A stretch of 64,000 bases of DNA from Eutreptiella sp. 'Long Island Sound 2002' (taxonomy: Eukaryota > Protista > Euglenida): positions 175,522,001-175,586,000 of the forward strand of contig OZ038378.1 in the NCBI GenBank assembly GCA_964036045.1, given 5' to 3'. The notes under the pieces were generated by a model. It was not told the DNA's origin. It saw only the letters and a program-made list of their open reading frames with translations, and did not search any database. Positions within the stretch are counted from its first letter, which is position 1; the number at the start of each line of letters is the position of its first letter. Shown here piece by piece: positions 24,400 to 37,501 of the stretch. The translations under genes and the position numbers were made by a program.

Positions 24400-25832
24400 T
24401 GTAGCACCTCTTACTGCTGCTCAACAATCCACCATTGGTTTCATGTGGTTAGCCTGGCCACCATGTACGTAAACACGGCATGTGGTTCACAGTTTGGTGA
24501 GGTTGGAATGCTGTCAGTAGAAAGGTGGAGACATGAACTTCAGCTCGCTAATTGACGCTCACATTGCTCTTATTTGGGCCGCCCTTGAGTTATGGCTTTC
24601 TTTCTGAAAACCTAATTGCGTTTTGAATGTCCACAAAACTCAGGACCTATTTTTGAACCAGCAAGTGCTTTCCACAGTGTGCACAAAAGTGGGCACGCAC
24701 TGGCCTGCCTCCAGGGGAATTCAACAATGAGAGGTGGTTTGGTTGGAATTGTGGCCCACAGGTGGTTGTTGATAGTCATAGTTGAGAGCAATTCCACTGA
24801 TGCTACAGGATGCTATCGAAAGATGGGATCGACCAGTAGACACTGCAAGGTCACACAAGGATGTCTGCACATGTTGCAGTATTACAGACCCACATGTGCT
24901 TGCGTCTGTGGCACATTTGCTCCACCACACCCCCATTTTTCAGGTTTCATTAAGCCCGGTTGCCGCATCCAAGATCATTTTCTGTAGCACCAATGATCTC
25001 TGCAGAACCCGCCGAGGCCCCACTTGTGCCCTTATCTGATGAGAAGCTTATTGAGTACGCCACAGTGACCACCCCAGAACAAGGTATGGCAACAAGGAAA
25101 TGACTGTTGGAGAGAGGTAGCTGAGCTGGATTGGGCGGTGGTTAATCAGCCACATTTAGTAGTTCATCGTAGGTGGTTGGTTGGCCACTTGAGATGGCAA
25201 TGGATGGCGGATGTAAAAACCAAAATGTGGTTTCATGATTGGTTGGTAGTGATTGTTGATTCAATAACGGTCGATGGATGATGGTTGGTGGGTATTTGGC
25301 AGCATTGGCGATTGGACGGCAACGGTTGATGGACGCTTTCTTGAGGTCTTATCCATGAGATGTCTTGCAGTTTTGTTCCTTTTCCTCAGAAAGCATAGCT
25401 TTTGTACCTTCCTTCACCAGTTCCCAAGACCCGTGACTGGTGGACATGTGCAGCTAATTCATCCGTTGCCCTGGTGCTCCTCTGCTTTTCCCTGGGCCTG
25501 TGGGCCTCTTTAACTCGTGATCACCAGGTCATTCTGTGCTATCTGATCTTCATCTCTACCCATGTTGCCTCCTGCACAGAATGTGTCAGACATGTCTCTC
25601 TTAGTCTTTTACCAATGTCATGGTGCTGATTGGTGTACTGTATTGTAGTCAGGTAAAAACAAAATGTTGAATGGGACATGGTACCCTCAGTGGGCAAACT
25701 AAGTTTCGTCTACCCCACCCCCCCAAAAAAACCCACCCATCCCCACTAAAAAAATGGGTTTCCAGTGCAGGGGGTCTGGAGGTTTCTCCAACAAACAGCT
25801 CATTACCTTTGTTAGACAGAATAAGGATTTCA

Positions 25833-26203
25833 CAGTGAGGGAACGTTAGCGTGCCAGGCGCGCACCGGGCACGCGCTGGGCGTGCCAGGCAAAGTTTCAA
25901 TGGTCACTGTCCCACCTTCAATCGTTTGGGGGCATGTGTTTGTATGGGATTTTCTGTCCTAGCCTAGCACAATGGGATTGGGGCGTTTATTTTCGTGCCC
26001 AAGAGAGCAAGCAATGATTCCAAGGGAGGTTAAGATTGCCATTGCACTCCCTCACCGCCACTTCTTCCAATCATGCATGTTTGCGATTGTGAAAAGGGCA
26101 TCCCAAGCTCGGTATGATAGGGGTAAAGCATTGGGATAGATGGTCAGAACACTGATTTGGATGTCTGGCGCCGGATGTGCACCGGGCTAACGTTCCCTCA
26201 ATG
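25833..26203. mobile_element. MITE-like element with short terminal inverted repeats
   Basis: tgagggaacgttagc (25836-25850) and gctaacgttccctca (26186-26200) are perfect 15-bp inverted repeats, extendable to 18 bp with one mismatch. No clear target-site duplication. Confidence 0.55.
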
Positions 26204-28599
26204 GCTTCCAAATAGGTCCATCCATGGACCCTTTTCGTAGTTTACAAATTTTGCAAGTTTTTTTGATGGCCTTTTTAGAGTGTTTCACAGTTACTCACGT
26301 TGTTTACAGGTTTTTTTTTTGCTAAGTCATGGAAATGGCTGGTGATTTTGGTGCCAGCTGCTGAGGAGTCCTACCACACTGGGGAGGGGCTTCCGGATCA
26401 CCAAGGGTCATAGATCTGTCATCAGCTGTTCTTTGGCGGGTAGAAAATTGGACCATGAGGGTGGGGGGGGGGGGCATATGAGCCCTCCCAACCCCGGGGG
26501 GGGGGGGGGGGCGAAAACGGGGCTCTTCTGTCCGATGACTTTGTGACACCTTCTGGGGAGGGTGGGGTTGCTGTTTTTTTTTTGCCAAATGTGCCGGCCA
26601 CCAAGAGTGTTGTGGACTGATACCCCCGCCAATGGTTGAGCGAATAGTAGGCATGTGGCATGGGGTGTGCAATATGCCGGGGAACGGTAGTCCAACAACA
26701 CTTGATGTGCTTATCCGGTTCGCTTCAACCCCCTTTTTTTTTGGGTGATCCAAAAATGGGAAGGGGGGAAAAGAAAAAACTGATGACCGGGGACGCCCAG
26801 CTCCTCATCAAGAGTCGCGATGCCCATCCCCCTTATAAAGCGGGCTAAGCGCAAGACCCCTTCTTAGGTTAACACACACAAACTCTGAGTAAGCTTGAAT
26901 TTCCATTATATGGCAATGGGTGGCCTTGGTGGGGCACTGTCACTGAGAACAGCCGGAAATGACCGGGGACCAATGTGTCCTTAAACACAAGTACCAATGC
27001 CATGTTTGCTGAAATTGGCCCCCCGACGGAAAAGCCCCCCCCCCCCCGGGGGGGGTTGGAAAAAGGGGCTCATACGCCCCCCCCCCCCCGTGTTGAAAAA
27101 GTAGCAAATCTCAGACACCAAAGAATGTAGATCAAGCCATTTGGAACATTGCTTGGCCTGACTCAAGAGGGTGCTGGAGAAATGCCCCTTCTTTTGCCCA
27201 ACAACATTTTCAAGAAAAATGACCCCGAAAATGGCCAGAACGGCACAAGCGCCATATGACCCCCATACTAAGGGGTTATTTGGATAGCATACCTCAAAGT
27301 GTGAAAAGGAATGCTTCACTCCTTTACTTGAGGACTGAAAAATGTGTACCACATGATTTCTGAAAATTGACCCCTCAGACCAGGGCTTTGCTTAATTTGG
27401 GGGGGGGGGGCGGGCAAAGGCTAGGGGAGCCCCCACCCCGGTTCCTAATGCCCCTGCAAATGGTGCTTGGAGTCCTTGATGAGCCACCTTCTCTTGTGGC
27501 TGTGCATGTGCTCTTTTTTTTTTTCCTGCTGTGTCTGACCACCACACAAATATTACGCAACCATGCCTCGCCATGCGGGGCATGGCCAGGGCTGCAGTAG
27601 ATCGGACATTTTCATGAGGATCCCCCCCTCCCCCTCGGTTGCAACCCCTCCTCCCCCTTTCCAATTCTAGTCCCCCTCCCCCCCCTTGTCCTTCTCCAGG
27701 GGGGGATGGGGGACCGTAACTTGCTCAAACCAAAATTTTTCGTTGCAGCTCACTGTGTTGTTGTGGCAAAACCACCACCCAAGAGTGCTGCCCAAAGCAT
27801 TCCAGTGGAAAGTGGTCAGCATGTGCAAGAGTTTAGGTCAAGTGGAGCAGGACCAAGAAAATTTACACTGAGCTGGTCAAGGAGTAGGTCTCTGTACATT
27901 GGCAGCCCTTTGAACGTATCTTATGCTGAATTCTTTCGGTTTATGCTGCCATTTCTGTGCCTGCAAATGTGCATGTACGGTGGTAGTGCAGTTCCCCAGG
28001 GGGAGGTGGGGGACCGTCACTTGGTGACCGTCCCCCAGGGGGTGGTGGGGGACCGTCTTCCCTGGGGTGGGGAAGGACAAGGGGGGGGGGGGTACCAAGC
28101 TGAATTTGCTTGGTTGTGATAAATGTGTTAGTATTTTGCAGCTTGCTGAGGAGTTTGTGGAACAGAGGTTGTGCTGCATTTTTTCCAGCAATTAGAAAAT
28201 GTTATCAGGATATAAGGTTTCTATACAGTGCTGTGTTCCCTCTTTGCCCCCCCCACACTATACAGATGCTTCAGACTCCTGAAAAAATTTTCTCTCTGCC
28301 CTATGCACGACCTATCGAGAAGCCCCCCAAGAATCAAATAGACACAAAACGTTCTCAGCATCTTTGGTGGGCTGCTTGGCAAGGAGGAGGGTGCACCCCC
28401 CACCCCTGAAAGGTCCAAACCCTCAACACCCTCGGCTACTTCCAAGGCAGCCTTGGGGGTCGCATAAATTGCTCTCCCAATTGCCCTTGCAAACCAGGTT
28501 TTTGTCTGGTCCCCTCAAGGATATCTGTTTCGAGAGGACGGGCATGGCAAGGAACCCGTTGTGCCGTGTGGTAGCCGTGTCTTGATTTGCGCTGTACAG

Positions 28600-28989
28600 G
28601 TTTCCCTCTTTCGGGCCCTGCTTCACGGCCAAGCTGCGGGATTTGCAAGACCTCTACAGACAGTGTCAGCCCCTGGAGTCTCACACTATCATGTGGCTAA
28701 GCCACACCAGCAACGGCCCCCAATCCGTGCCCGTGCCCCAGCCTTGAGGGCGAACGAGCACGAAGCCATGACATACGTAGACCAGGACCCTGATAATTGG
28801 CCCGAGAGCAGTGAGGGCTTCGTTGACAGAGCACCAAGACGGAAGAGTCAACTGGAGCCATACGAGTTCCCAATGGGGACCCTCATGGATGAAGGGGAGG
28901 GCAGCGATGCCGAGGAGGCAGAGGTGATGGTGATCAACCAGCAGTCGGAGATTGAGCTGGACGAGACCACTTTGCAGCAGCAGTTGGAG
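28600..28989 (+). CDS. ybeY: YbeY gene, first identified coding exon (transit-peptide-like segment, acidic linker, start of the YbeY domain)
   Basis: Acceptor ctgtacag|GTT at 28599/28600. The exon ends EVMVINQQSEIELDETTLQQQLE|gtctct. Joined to the next exon it gives LQQQLE-IIRAILSVDHY, which parallels human YBEY LRSKIEIVRRILGVQKF (recalled from memory). The start-codon exon is not certain. Confidence 0.7.
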
Positions 28990-31785
28990 GTCTCTGCAGA
29001 GTCCCTTCTTGACAATTGGGGGAATGCAGAGCCAGCCGCTGTGCTAGTGCTGTGCTAGTGCTCAAAATGCTTCTTTCCTTTTCTTCTTTCCTTCCTTCTT
29101 CCACAGGGAGGGGGAGGAACCCCCCCCCCCCCCCTTGCATGCCACGGATGATGCCGGGAGCGGCAGTGCCTTACCCCCCGTTGGCCCGCACGCTGGCGCC
29201 CTGTGCTCCTTGCACACTCGCAGCATTGGGCACCGTTTGGCTGCCCTCCCTCCTTTTGTCCACTGCCTACCCCCCATTGGGGATGCCGAGAGGGCGAGGG
29301 GAGCCCCATCCCCCAACCCTTCTTCCTCCTGCGCCGCAGGGGCCAACTATGTCGAGTGACCCCACCCTCACTGAGGGCAGCTGCCCTTCTCCCCTGCCCC
29401 CTGCCCCTGCTCTGCCCCATTCTGCGTGTGGGGGCGGGGGGGGGCTTGGGCCGGCAAGTGTAGCCGCATCGCTGCTGTTAGCGCACGAAATTGCAGACAA
29501 TGTTTCCACAGGGGTACCTGAGACGCTCCCACGGGTCCTCCGGGTGGGGGGGTCCCTTGATACCTCCACCTCAGGTGCTCGGGATTGCACACTATCGACC
29601 AGGGCATAGGCCTATTATTATTATTTTTATTACTAAGGTCCTAGACACTCATCGACGACCATTGACTAGGGCAGTGGCTTTTAAAGGTCCTGGAGCTCAG
29701 TCTTCTAGTGACCAGGGATGCTGCACCATGCTTCATTGGGATTGTTCTCACGAACACCAGTGGCACTGTAACTAGGCTAGGCCCCTACTGTCTGTCCATG
29801 GCCCACACTGTCCATGGCCCACACTGGTCATGCACCCCTCTACAGTGCTTTAAACCATGTTCATGCAATGAACATAAGTTTGATGCCATAGGTGTACGCC
29901 CTTCGTCGTTGCAGACTCACTGAGTTTTGAGCTTGGCCCCCGCTGACCCAACTCTGAGTAAACACATTGAATTCAGTGCTTGCGGCTAGACGTGCAGGGC
30001 AATATCAATTGAATTGGTTTGCATCAGTTTGCAGTACATGCGAGCTGGTCTTTGACCAAAGGCCCTTTACCTGGCCCTGACTGTCCATCTACTACCCATC
30101 TGCAGTGGTCCCTGACCTCGCACTGTCACCATCTCATACTCGTAGCTACTCCATTGTTTCACTGTTAGTTGCCTGCCCCCAGCTCTGGGACTGAAAATGC
30201 TGCCAAAATATTGCTATCCACCCGCAGCCTTCAGATTGCTGCAGTCGGCCAATGAACCAGGGATTGTATCCAAAGTCTTGATAAGCATATCATGGAAGAA
30301 GCAGTGTGACAATAACACGTTCTTGCCTCAACACCTCACAACTGAACAAAAAATCACTGCATACCATGGGCACAATGCTTAGTTTGACTCGTCCAACTGT
30401 CCTTCTGTGGTTGAGGAGTGTGACTCCCTCGAGACGAATCTGCACAGTCTTGTCTCGTCCACATCTTTCCTCCGGCCTGCGGCTTCGCCGCTTCGAACCC
30501 CATACCCCACCACACACACGCGCGCTTAATGCTTCATGCTTTAGGACGAGCCCGTGGTGGAGGCCTGCCACTTCTGCCGGCGACAGGGGGGGGTGAGGCA
30601 GCAAGCAGGTGAGGGTACATTGGGAGGAGGTGTTCGTGAACGGCCTCCTAGACTCCATGACCGACCAGGGCGACTCAGGTTGGCACAGACTGGGGCTTGC
30701 TTCCTGAGCGAAGCCTTAGGAAGCATTTCTTGGGGCGACATGGGCTCCAGGGCTGCACCCTACATGGACAGGCCAGCTACATGGCAGCGCCAGTGCCCAA
30801 GCTTGTCCCTGCGCCAGAGCCAGCGCTTTGTGGGGACTCAGACACTCTCCGACAGAGCACCTCAGATGGATGAAGCCGTGTCGTGTGCAGGGCTTCAAAA
30901 GATGACCCCACCCTTACCTTAAGGAGGGTGCATACTGGGGCTGGCTGGTTTTAGAGTTTATGAGCAGGTATGTGAAGAACAGTGCAGCGGGGGGGGGGCA
31001 CCTTGTGGGACGTTGATCCGTAGTTAAGGGGATCATAGTGTAGCAATGGAGCAACAGAGGGTACGTCTTCCTAGTTGTTGCTTTTTGGGAACAGCACCTT
31101 CGGCACACACACACACGTACACATACACACACAGTCCTGTTTTGTCAGCAAATACCGGCCCATCATCAGAAATGTCTGGGTAGCTCAGCCACCATACTTG
31201 GCGACCGGCGTGTGTTGTGCGGAAGGCACAAAAACTCCTCCCTTTTTGGTGTGCAAGCTGGTTGGTGCCAGATGCACACGGGGTCAGCCTGCTCCCCTTG
31301 CTCCCCTGCCAAATGCTGTAAGGCAGGGCATCATTTATGGACAGGGGATTGCGGCTCGCAACATCGACTGTTGTCAGCCATGACAGTTTGCGTCCGGTTG
31401 GGTTGGTGGCATGTGTGGAGACCTCTCCAGTCTGTGTGTGCGTGTTGCCATCGATTTTATGTGGTTGCTCACCCATGAATGCTCGAACGCTGGGCAATGC
31501 CGAAGATAAGGGGTCCTGGGACTCGAGGTGTTATGATATCCCCAACCACGGCAGTGCTACACTGTGCAGCAACTCTTGTTTTGCTTGTCTGCTGCTTTTT
31601 GGGGGGGACGGGGGCGATGTATTTTTTTGTGGCCCTGACATTTTTGGGGTTTGTGTGCCATGATGTCAAGCCATCCTTCCTTGAAATTCTTGGGGCGTGG
31701 TCCTTCCTGCCTCCTCCCTCCCGCTTCCCCCCTTCCCCTCCCTCCTCTCCCTTGCTCCCCTTCTCCCTCCCTCATCCCTGCCCAG

Positions 31786-31986
31786 ATCATTCGCGCCATC
31801 CTTTCGGTCGATCACTACGCCGTCACGCTGATGTTGGGGGGCGACGACGAGATTCAGCGCTTGAATCGCGAGTTCCGGGGCGTGGACAGCCCCACGGACA
31901 TCCTCAGTTTCAGTGCTGTGGATGTTGTGGAGCCGGAGAAGGTGCCGCTGTGCAAGCACCGGGAGCTGTGCAACCTCGGTGACCTG
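31786..31986 (+). CDS. ybeY: YbeY gene, middle exon
   Basis: Polypyrimidine tract plus cccag|ATC. Encodes IIRAILSVDHYAVTLMLGGDDEIQRLNREFRGVDSPTDILSFS...LGDL. Donor CTG|gtgtga, phase 0. Confidence 0.93.
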
Positions 31987-32430
31987 GTGTGAACGGCGTC
32001 TTGTTTGTTCTCTCCCTCTTGTGCATGTCTGTTTGCCCTGTGATGTTTGTGCAGGTTTGCCCTGTGATGGTGATGTGGAGCACACCACTGTTGTCACTGG
32101 GGCACGAGGGTGTTACGAGGGTGTTCTCGCATTGTATGTGCGCTTGTGTTTGTATGGTTTACTCACCTCTGAGTATCGAATGAACGCTGGTCACTGGCTG
32201 CTGACGTGTGTTACACCCTTTTTCCCATCTTGGGAGCCACGGAGGGTGCCGCCCGAATAGCTCCTCAGCCATGCTACATTTTCCCCACAGGAAGGGCCTG
32301 GTTGTCTTCAATCGCTGCATGGTTTTCTGTTTTGCTGTGTTGGCTTCGACCTCAAGAGAAGCGAGACACTCAGCAATTTGTTGTCCTGCTCCCTTGAGAT
32401 ACTTGCTTGTTGGGCGGGTGGGTTTTCACG

Positions 32431-32433
<3 letters not shown>

Positions 32434-32470
<37 letters not shown>

Positions 32471-32483
32471 ACGCGCGCGTGTG
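32434..32483. repeat. (TG)18 followed by cacgcgcgcgtgtg, inside YbeY intron 2
   Basis: Read directly from the sequence. Confidence 0.95.
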
Positions 32484-33335
32484 TTGCCTGTGTTGATCAT
32501 GTGATGGACACATTCGTTATGGCCTGATGCCACGCAGGAGCCTGCGCTGTGCACGTATGCACCTGCTGCGCCTACAGAGAAGGACGAGGATCCCCCCCCC
32601 CGGCCCCCAGGGCCCCACAACACCACGCTGGCCACTGAGCCGAGCATGGGGGCAGGGGGTGTTGTGTCTGGTACACCCGTAGGAGCACCAGGGCAACAGA
32701 CGGCACAAGAGGCCCACGAACACACGCGGCCCCACACAAGGGAAACGTGCTGAGATGCACAGCAGCCGCCAGCATTGACATGCAAACAGGTGAAAGGGGC
32801 AGCGTTAGACCAGGCGCGCCGTACCTGCAAAGACTCGGCGTTTCTTCCCAAGCCCATCCAACCCAAGCCCCCAGGCGCCCAGACACACACAGGGATCGCC
32901 CACTCCTGAGCGTGGGGTCTGGAGACCGTCAGCAGCCCGGCGACCAGACATTCGGGTCAGTCACGACCCGTTGTGTGCAGTGGTAAGGAGCCGCTCCCGT
33001 GGTCGCTGCACTGCTGGAAGAGGCCATGTCCCAAGCCCCCTTCCGGCTACCCCCCCCTCCCCCCTGCCCCCCAGCCGCCGGCCACTCTTAATTATTGGCG
33101 CCTTTGGTGCCAAAAGGAACATTCCGTCTGAGGGCCTACCACAAAAGTGTCCATCTTCCTACCGTTTGACCCCCCATCCAGCGTCCCCCCTCCCCCCCCC
33201 TTTCCGGGCACTTTTCGTTAGGGGCAGGGGGTGGGGGGTAGGGGTTGCGTCACGGACCGAGGGGCCCCACCTTTTGGGCGGTTTGGGGAAGGGGTGTGAT
33301 GAAGTCCGGTCTGTTCGGGTGCGCTCTGTGCTTAG

Positions 33336-33617
33336 GTGGTCTCTGTTCCGTACGTGAAACGGCAGTGTGAGGCAGATGCCCAGGACTACGATGGAAGCAC
33401 CGCCGCAGACCTCAGCCAGGGCGTGGCGGGGCTGATGGCCACAGGGTTCTTCACGGTGCAGGAGCGCATGCCGCTCCTGATGATCCACGGGATGCTGCAC
33501 CTGCTGGGGCACGACCATGAGGACGATGAAGACCACGAGCTGATGGCGCGCCGGGAGCTGGAAGTGTGGCAGGAATTCCGGTACCGTATCGCGATGCCTG
33601 AGGCCCAGGCCTCGTAG
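33336..33617 (+). CDS. ybeY: YbeY gene, last exon (rRNA maturation endoribonuclease, UPF0054)
   Basis: Acceptor cttag|GTG, phase 0, giving GDL-VVSVPYVKRQ. Contains the metal-binding motif IHGMLHLLGHDHE (H-x3-H-x5-H). Ends in TAG. Confidence 0.95.
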   Translation: MVSVPYVKRQCEADAQDYDGSTAADLSQGVAGLMATGFFTVQERMPLLMIHGMLHLLGHDHEDDEDHELMARRELEVWQEFRYRIAMPEAQAS

Positions 33618-36600
33618 GCGACGGTGCACCGTTACGGACATGTGGCTCTGAAGGGCCCTGTTCCGCTGCCTTCTTAGGGGAGAGTCCGCAAGTGCGTACA
33701 TGACCGTGTGGGTATGAGCGCCCCGCACCCGCCCACCCTGCGCAACAGAAGTAGGGCTTATAGCGAACTTGCGAATTTCGAGCTCATAGAATCACAATTT
33801 TCGGTCGAAAGTTTGTGTGCCTGTCACGTTTCTCAACTTTTGTGAGGTGTCATCGTCACGACACCCGCCCGCAGTGCAGATCCTCCCCGTTGGAGTCTGT
33901 TGTCCATGTCCAATTCCTGCTTTGCTTATGCCCCTGTCTCCTGCCTCCAAAGCAGTGATGTTGCCTGGGGGATATGGAGGGTTTACAGAAACGGTGCGAC
34001 GTGCAGCCCACCACCTGTTCACTGGTTGTCTCGGTTGTAATGTGTGCAGTCTAAGCAGACCATGGCAGACCTGGGCAGCGCAAGCGGAGTTATGGGTCCC
34101 GCGATGCAGAATGCGCACCCTTGGGGGGGGCTGTTGCCACTCATTGCTTTCTCCATGATGCTCAGGAGCCATGTGGGAGGACCTTGGGCGGCGAAGGGGG
34201 TTTAGTTGTGCACAATCGGTGCCTGGGTTTTCGGGACAAACCTGTGGGGCCGACCCTGCCAGAGCATCACTTATCGTCGAACACCATTGCACCATCGTGC
34301 TGCTGTGGTTCATGCAAATGGTCCCTATCTCCATACCCACAACTGATTTCTTTGAGTAGCGCAGAATCAAGGGGTGCCCCTTCCATCGAAGTTGAACCGC
34401 ACATTACAAGGGTGAAATGGTTCGACATTGCAAACCAGACCCCTTGCCCCACCCAATTTGCTCTGAGTGTGTACAGCGTTGCCTGCAACGTCCTCTCGAC
34501 CGTCTGAATGTACATATGAATTTTCTTTGCCATGTGCTGAGCTGTGCATATTGGCTTTGCTGTTTCGCTTTCATGGCACCCCCCCCCCCCCAAAGAAAAA
34601 ACCCACTGTACTTTTATGGGTCACTCCCTCCCCTGGCACACGTACTTAGATTTTATTGCAAGCCCCTCTCCCAACAAGAACAACAATCCAGACTGCCCAA
34701 CCCCAGATGACATTTGGAGCGACCCTGAGCATAATCCCCAACAACCCTACTCCCCACCAGCAGGTTGCGCATGCATGGATCGGTGGTTGTACATATCTTG
34801 GGGCTGTATGGTCATGACAAGGATCATGGTGTATGCTCATGACAACCTGCTGTCCCTCTGCCCCGTCTTACTTCTACTTATTCCTGTCCCCTGGACAGGT
34901 CTACCCCATCTGAGGCCTTCTTGCCAGTCGTCCGAGATAGGCGTTGAAATGACGGTAAGGGATGCCAGCCGGAGCCAAGGAACAGAGGGCCTGAGGCAGA
35001 GAAGAATGACATTGAAAGCCATCCATGCTCTCAACTTGAGCTCTGTTGGGGACAGGTTATTACCCAGTGTGGTGGGGGTCAAGGGATGAGTGGGTGAAGG
35101 TCATTCGTTGATGAATTCAGAGACCCTCTCTTGGAGATTTGGTTTTTTACTTTTTGTTGTTTGGGGGGGGGGGGGGGGGGGGGCGCAATAGAGCCCCCCA
35201 AAACTGGGGGCGGGAGGGCAGTCTCAGACAAGGGCTCAATGGTAGGGGCCACTATTGCATTGAAAAGAGGCATTTCTTTGTCTCTTGTTCATGCCCCCCC
35301 TTGGGGACCCCGAGAAGGCGGAGGTATGAAGACATTTGAATTTCCCCCCAGACCAGGGACCTTGGAGGGCAGGGGTCATGTAGCCACTTCGATTTCCCCC
35401 CAAACTACAACCCCACGGCCCCGTGCAGGGGCTGGGAGTGGGTTTGTTGGGTGATTTGTTGGCCCCCCCCCACTGAGCAACAGTTACCGACCAATGGGGC
35501 AGCCAAGGGAGGGGGCGAGGGATGCAAATTGAGGATCACAATGCGACGCAAAATCATAAAAACCGATGCCAACTGAGGCAAAATGGTGCAAGATCACGGA
35601 AAAATGGCAAGGGCCAATGCACATGAATGCCACTCTCAAAACAGCCGCCGCCATGGGTCCATCATGGCTGCCGAACGTCGGTAGAGTGCTAATGCAAGTG
35701 GCCGTCCCCAAATGTCTTCACTGGTGCCAACACAAATGTATACCCACACACGACATCCACCACAACTCTGTCCCCCATAACTCTGTACCGTGCCATTGTG
35801 CATCCACATTTATATATCAGTTGCCCCACACACCCGTGCCACACACTACCGTGCCACGTTCTCCAGTCTTGCATGATGGTGCTCACCCCATGGGATTTTG
35901 GTCTACCATGGGGGGGGGGGTCGTTTGAACAGATGAGTTCCCTCAGCGCCCCATCTTTCCAGAGGTTGGCAAGGTTGTTGCTTTTTTTTTTTAGGTGGAA
36001 ATGAAGCAATAGAATCTTTGAAGCGCGTTGCCAACTTACAAAATACCATAATTGAAAACATGGTGGTGGAGGTGGTTGGAGGGGGGGGATGGGACTGCAT
36101 GTACAGACCAACCCACCACCAGGGCTGTAAAAGTTGGCACTCCCTGCCTGACCAAACTGCCGAAACAATGTACAACAACCCCCCCCCCCCCCCCTCACGG
36201 TTGAGGGTAAGATGATGCTCACACATGCCCACTAGCCACAGTGGTCCACTACACCATCAACCAGAGCTGTTGCCATGAAGCTGCATTTTTAGAGCAGCCC
36301 CACAGATGCTGTGGTGGTATGGTACGCAGTGCGACAGGGCTTTGCCGGCGTGAGAGGTTGCTATGATGATCGTACATTTGGGTATATTTGGGGCCACTGG
36401 TCACTTTGCGCTCCCTCTTCAGGGCTTCCAACCCTTTACGGCCAGCCCAACGTTGGGATGCTGAATGCGCACCAGCACCAATCACCCAGAAGTATCTACC
36501 TGCACACTCACTCAGTCTTTGTCCCCCCCCCCCCGGCCAGTGGCACTCCGAAACAGTGAACCCTGGGCCCGAATGCCGCATGAAGGGGAGAGGGCCGTCC

Positions 36601-37448
36601 AGGATCATCACATGGGCTGGGACAGGCACTGGACCATCCCCCGGCTTCCGCAGCCAAAATCTTGGAAGTGCAACCGCACCGTGGGCACCAGGCATCACCC
36701 CCCCACCCCACGCCCCTCCCCTGCGCGACCACGTCTCGGACAGTATGTGATGCACTACATGTGATGTCCTTAGGACAGCATGGAGACCTGTACACGTGCA
36801 CCCTCAGCCATCTCAGGATTACCTCATTCACTCGATTGGGCACGGCTCAAGGCACATTGGGAGAGGAGTACTCCTTACGTTGGAGGGGAAGGGCACTCGG
36901 GCGCGCTTTTCTCCTTCGGGGTGCTGCCGGGGGTGGAGCACTGCTGACTGGGCATGGGAACCCTGCCCCAATCCTCACAGCTGGCGCCGCAGGGGCAGGC
37001 CGGGGAGGAAGAGGGGGAGGAGAGATATAGTGGGGCCCATCCATACTCTCTCTCGATCTTTCCTGGCGCATGTGCCACCCTGTCAGGTTTTCGCTGTGAG
37101 AGGCCAAGTTCCCATGTTTCTGCACCACGAATTATATATTGCCCTTTCCGTTTTTCCGAGGTTGTGGGCATGTCTGTTGAAGCAAGTGGAGTTTCTCGCT
37201 TTTTCTCTCTTGCTGCTTGCCCTTGGGGCTGTGGGCGGGCCAGCAGGGTCGACACCTCACCAGTCGTACCAGGCCCCTCTAGCGCGCAGTGTCCCTGACA
37301 TATGTGCGCTTTAGACCTCCCGCATTTGATATGTGCTTGCTGTGTTTGCTGGGCAGAATATGTTTGGAATCTGCAAGCACACCCATTTTTCATGCATGCC
37401 AACGTTGTTGTCTGGCAACAGTAACCCCCCCCCCCGCCCAAGGGAGGG

Positions 37449-37450
<2 letters not shown>

Positions 37451-37500
<50 letters not shown>
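37451..37500. repeat. (GT)25 microsatellite
   Basis: Read directly from the sequence. Confidence 0.98.

Positions 37501-37501
<1 letters not shown>

Noticed and set aside
28990-29058. Read-through of the YbeY exon (VSAESLLDNWGNAEPAAVLVLC*)
   Set aside because: It ends in a stop before the catalytic motifs. Splicing at 28989 restores a continuous YbeY alignment.
30543-30700. Exon-like segments inside YbeY intron 1 (DEPVVEACHFCRRQ; VRVHWEEVFVNGLLDS)
   Set aside because: They do not fit the YbeY alignment, contain stops nearby, and no family was recognised.
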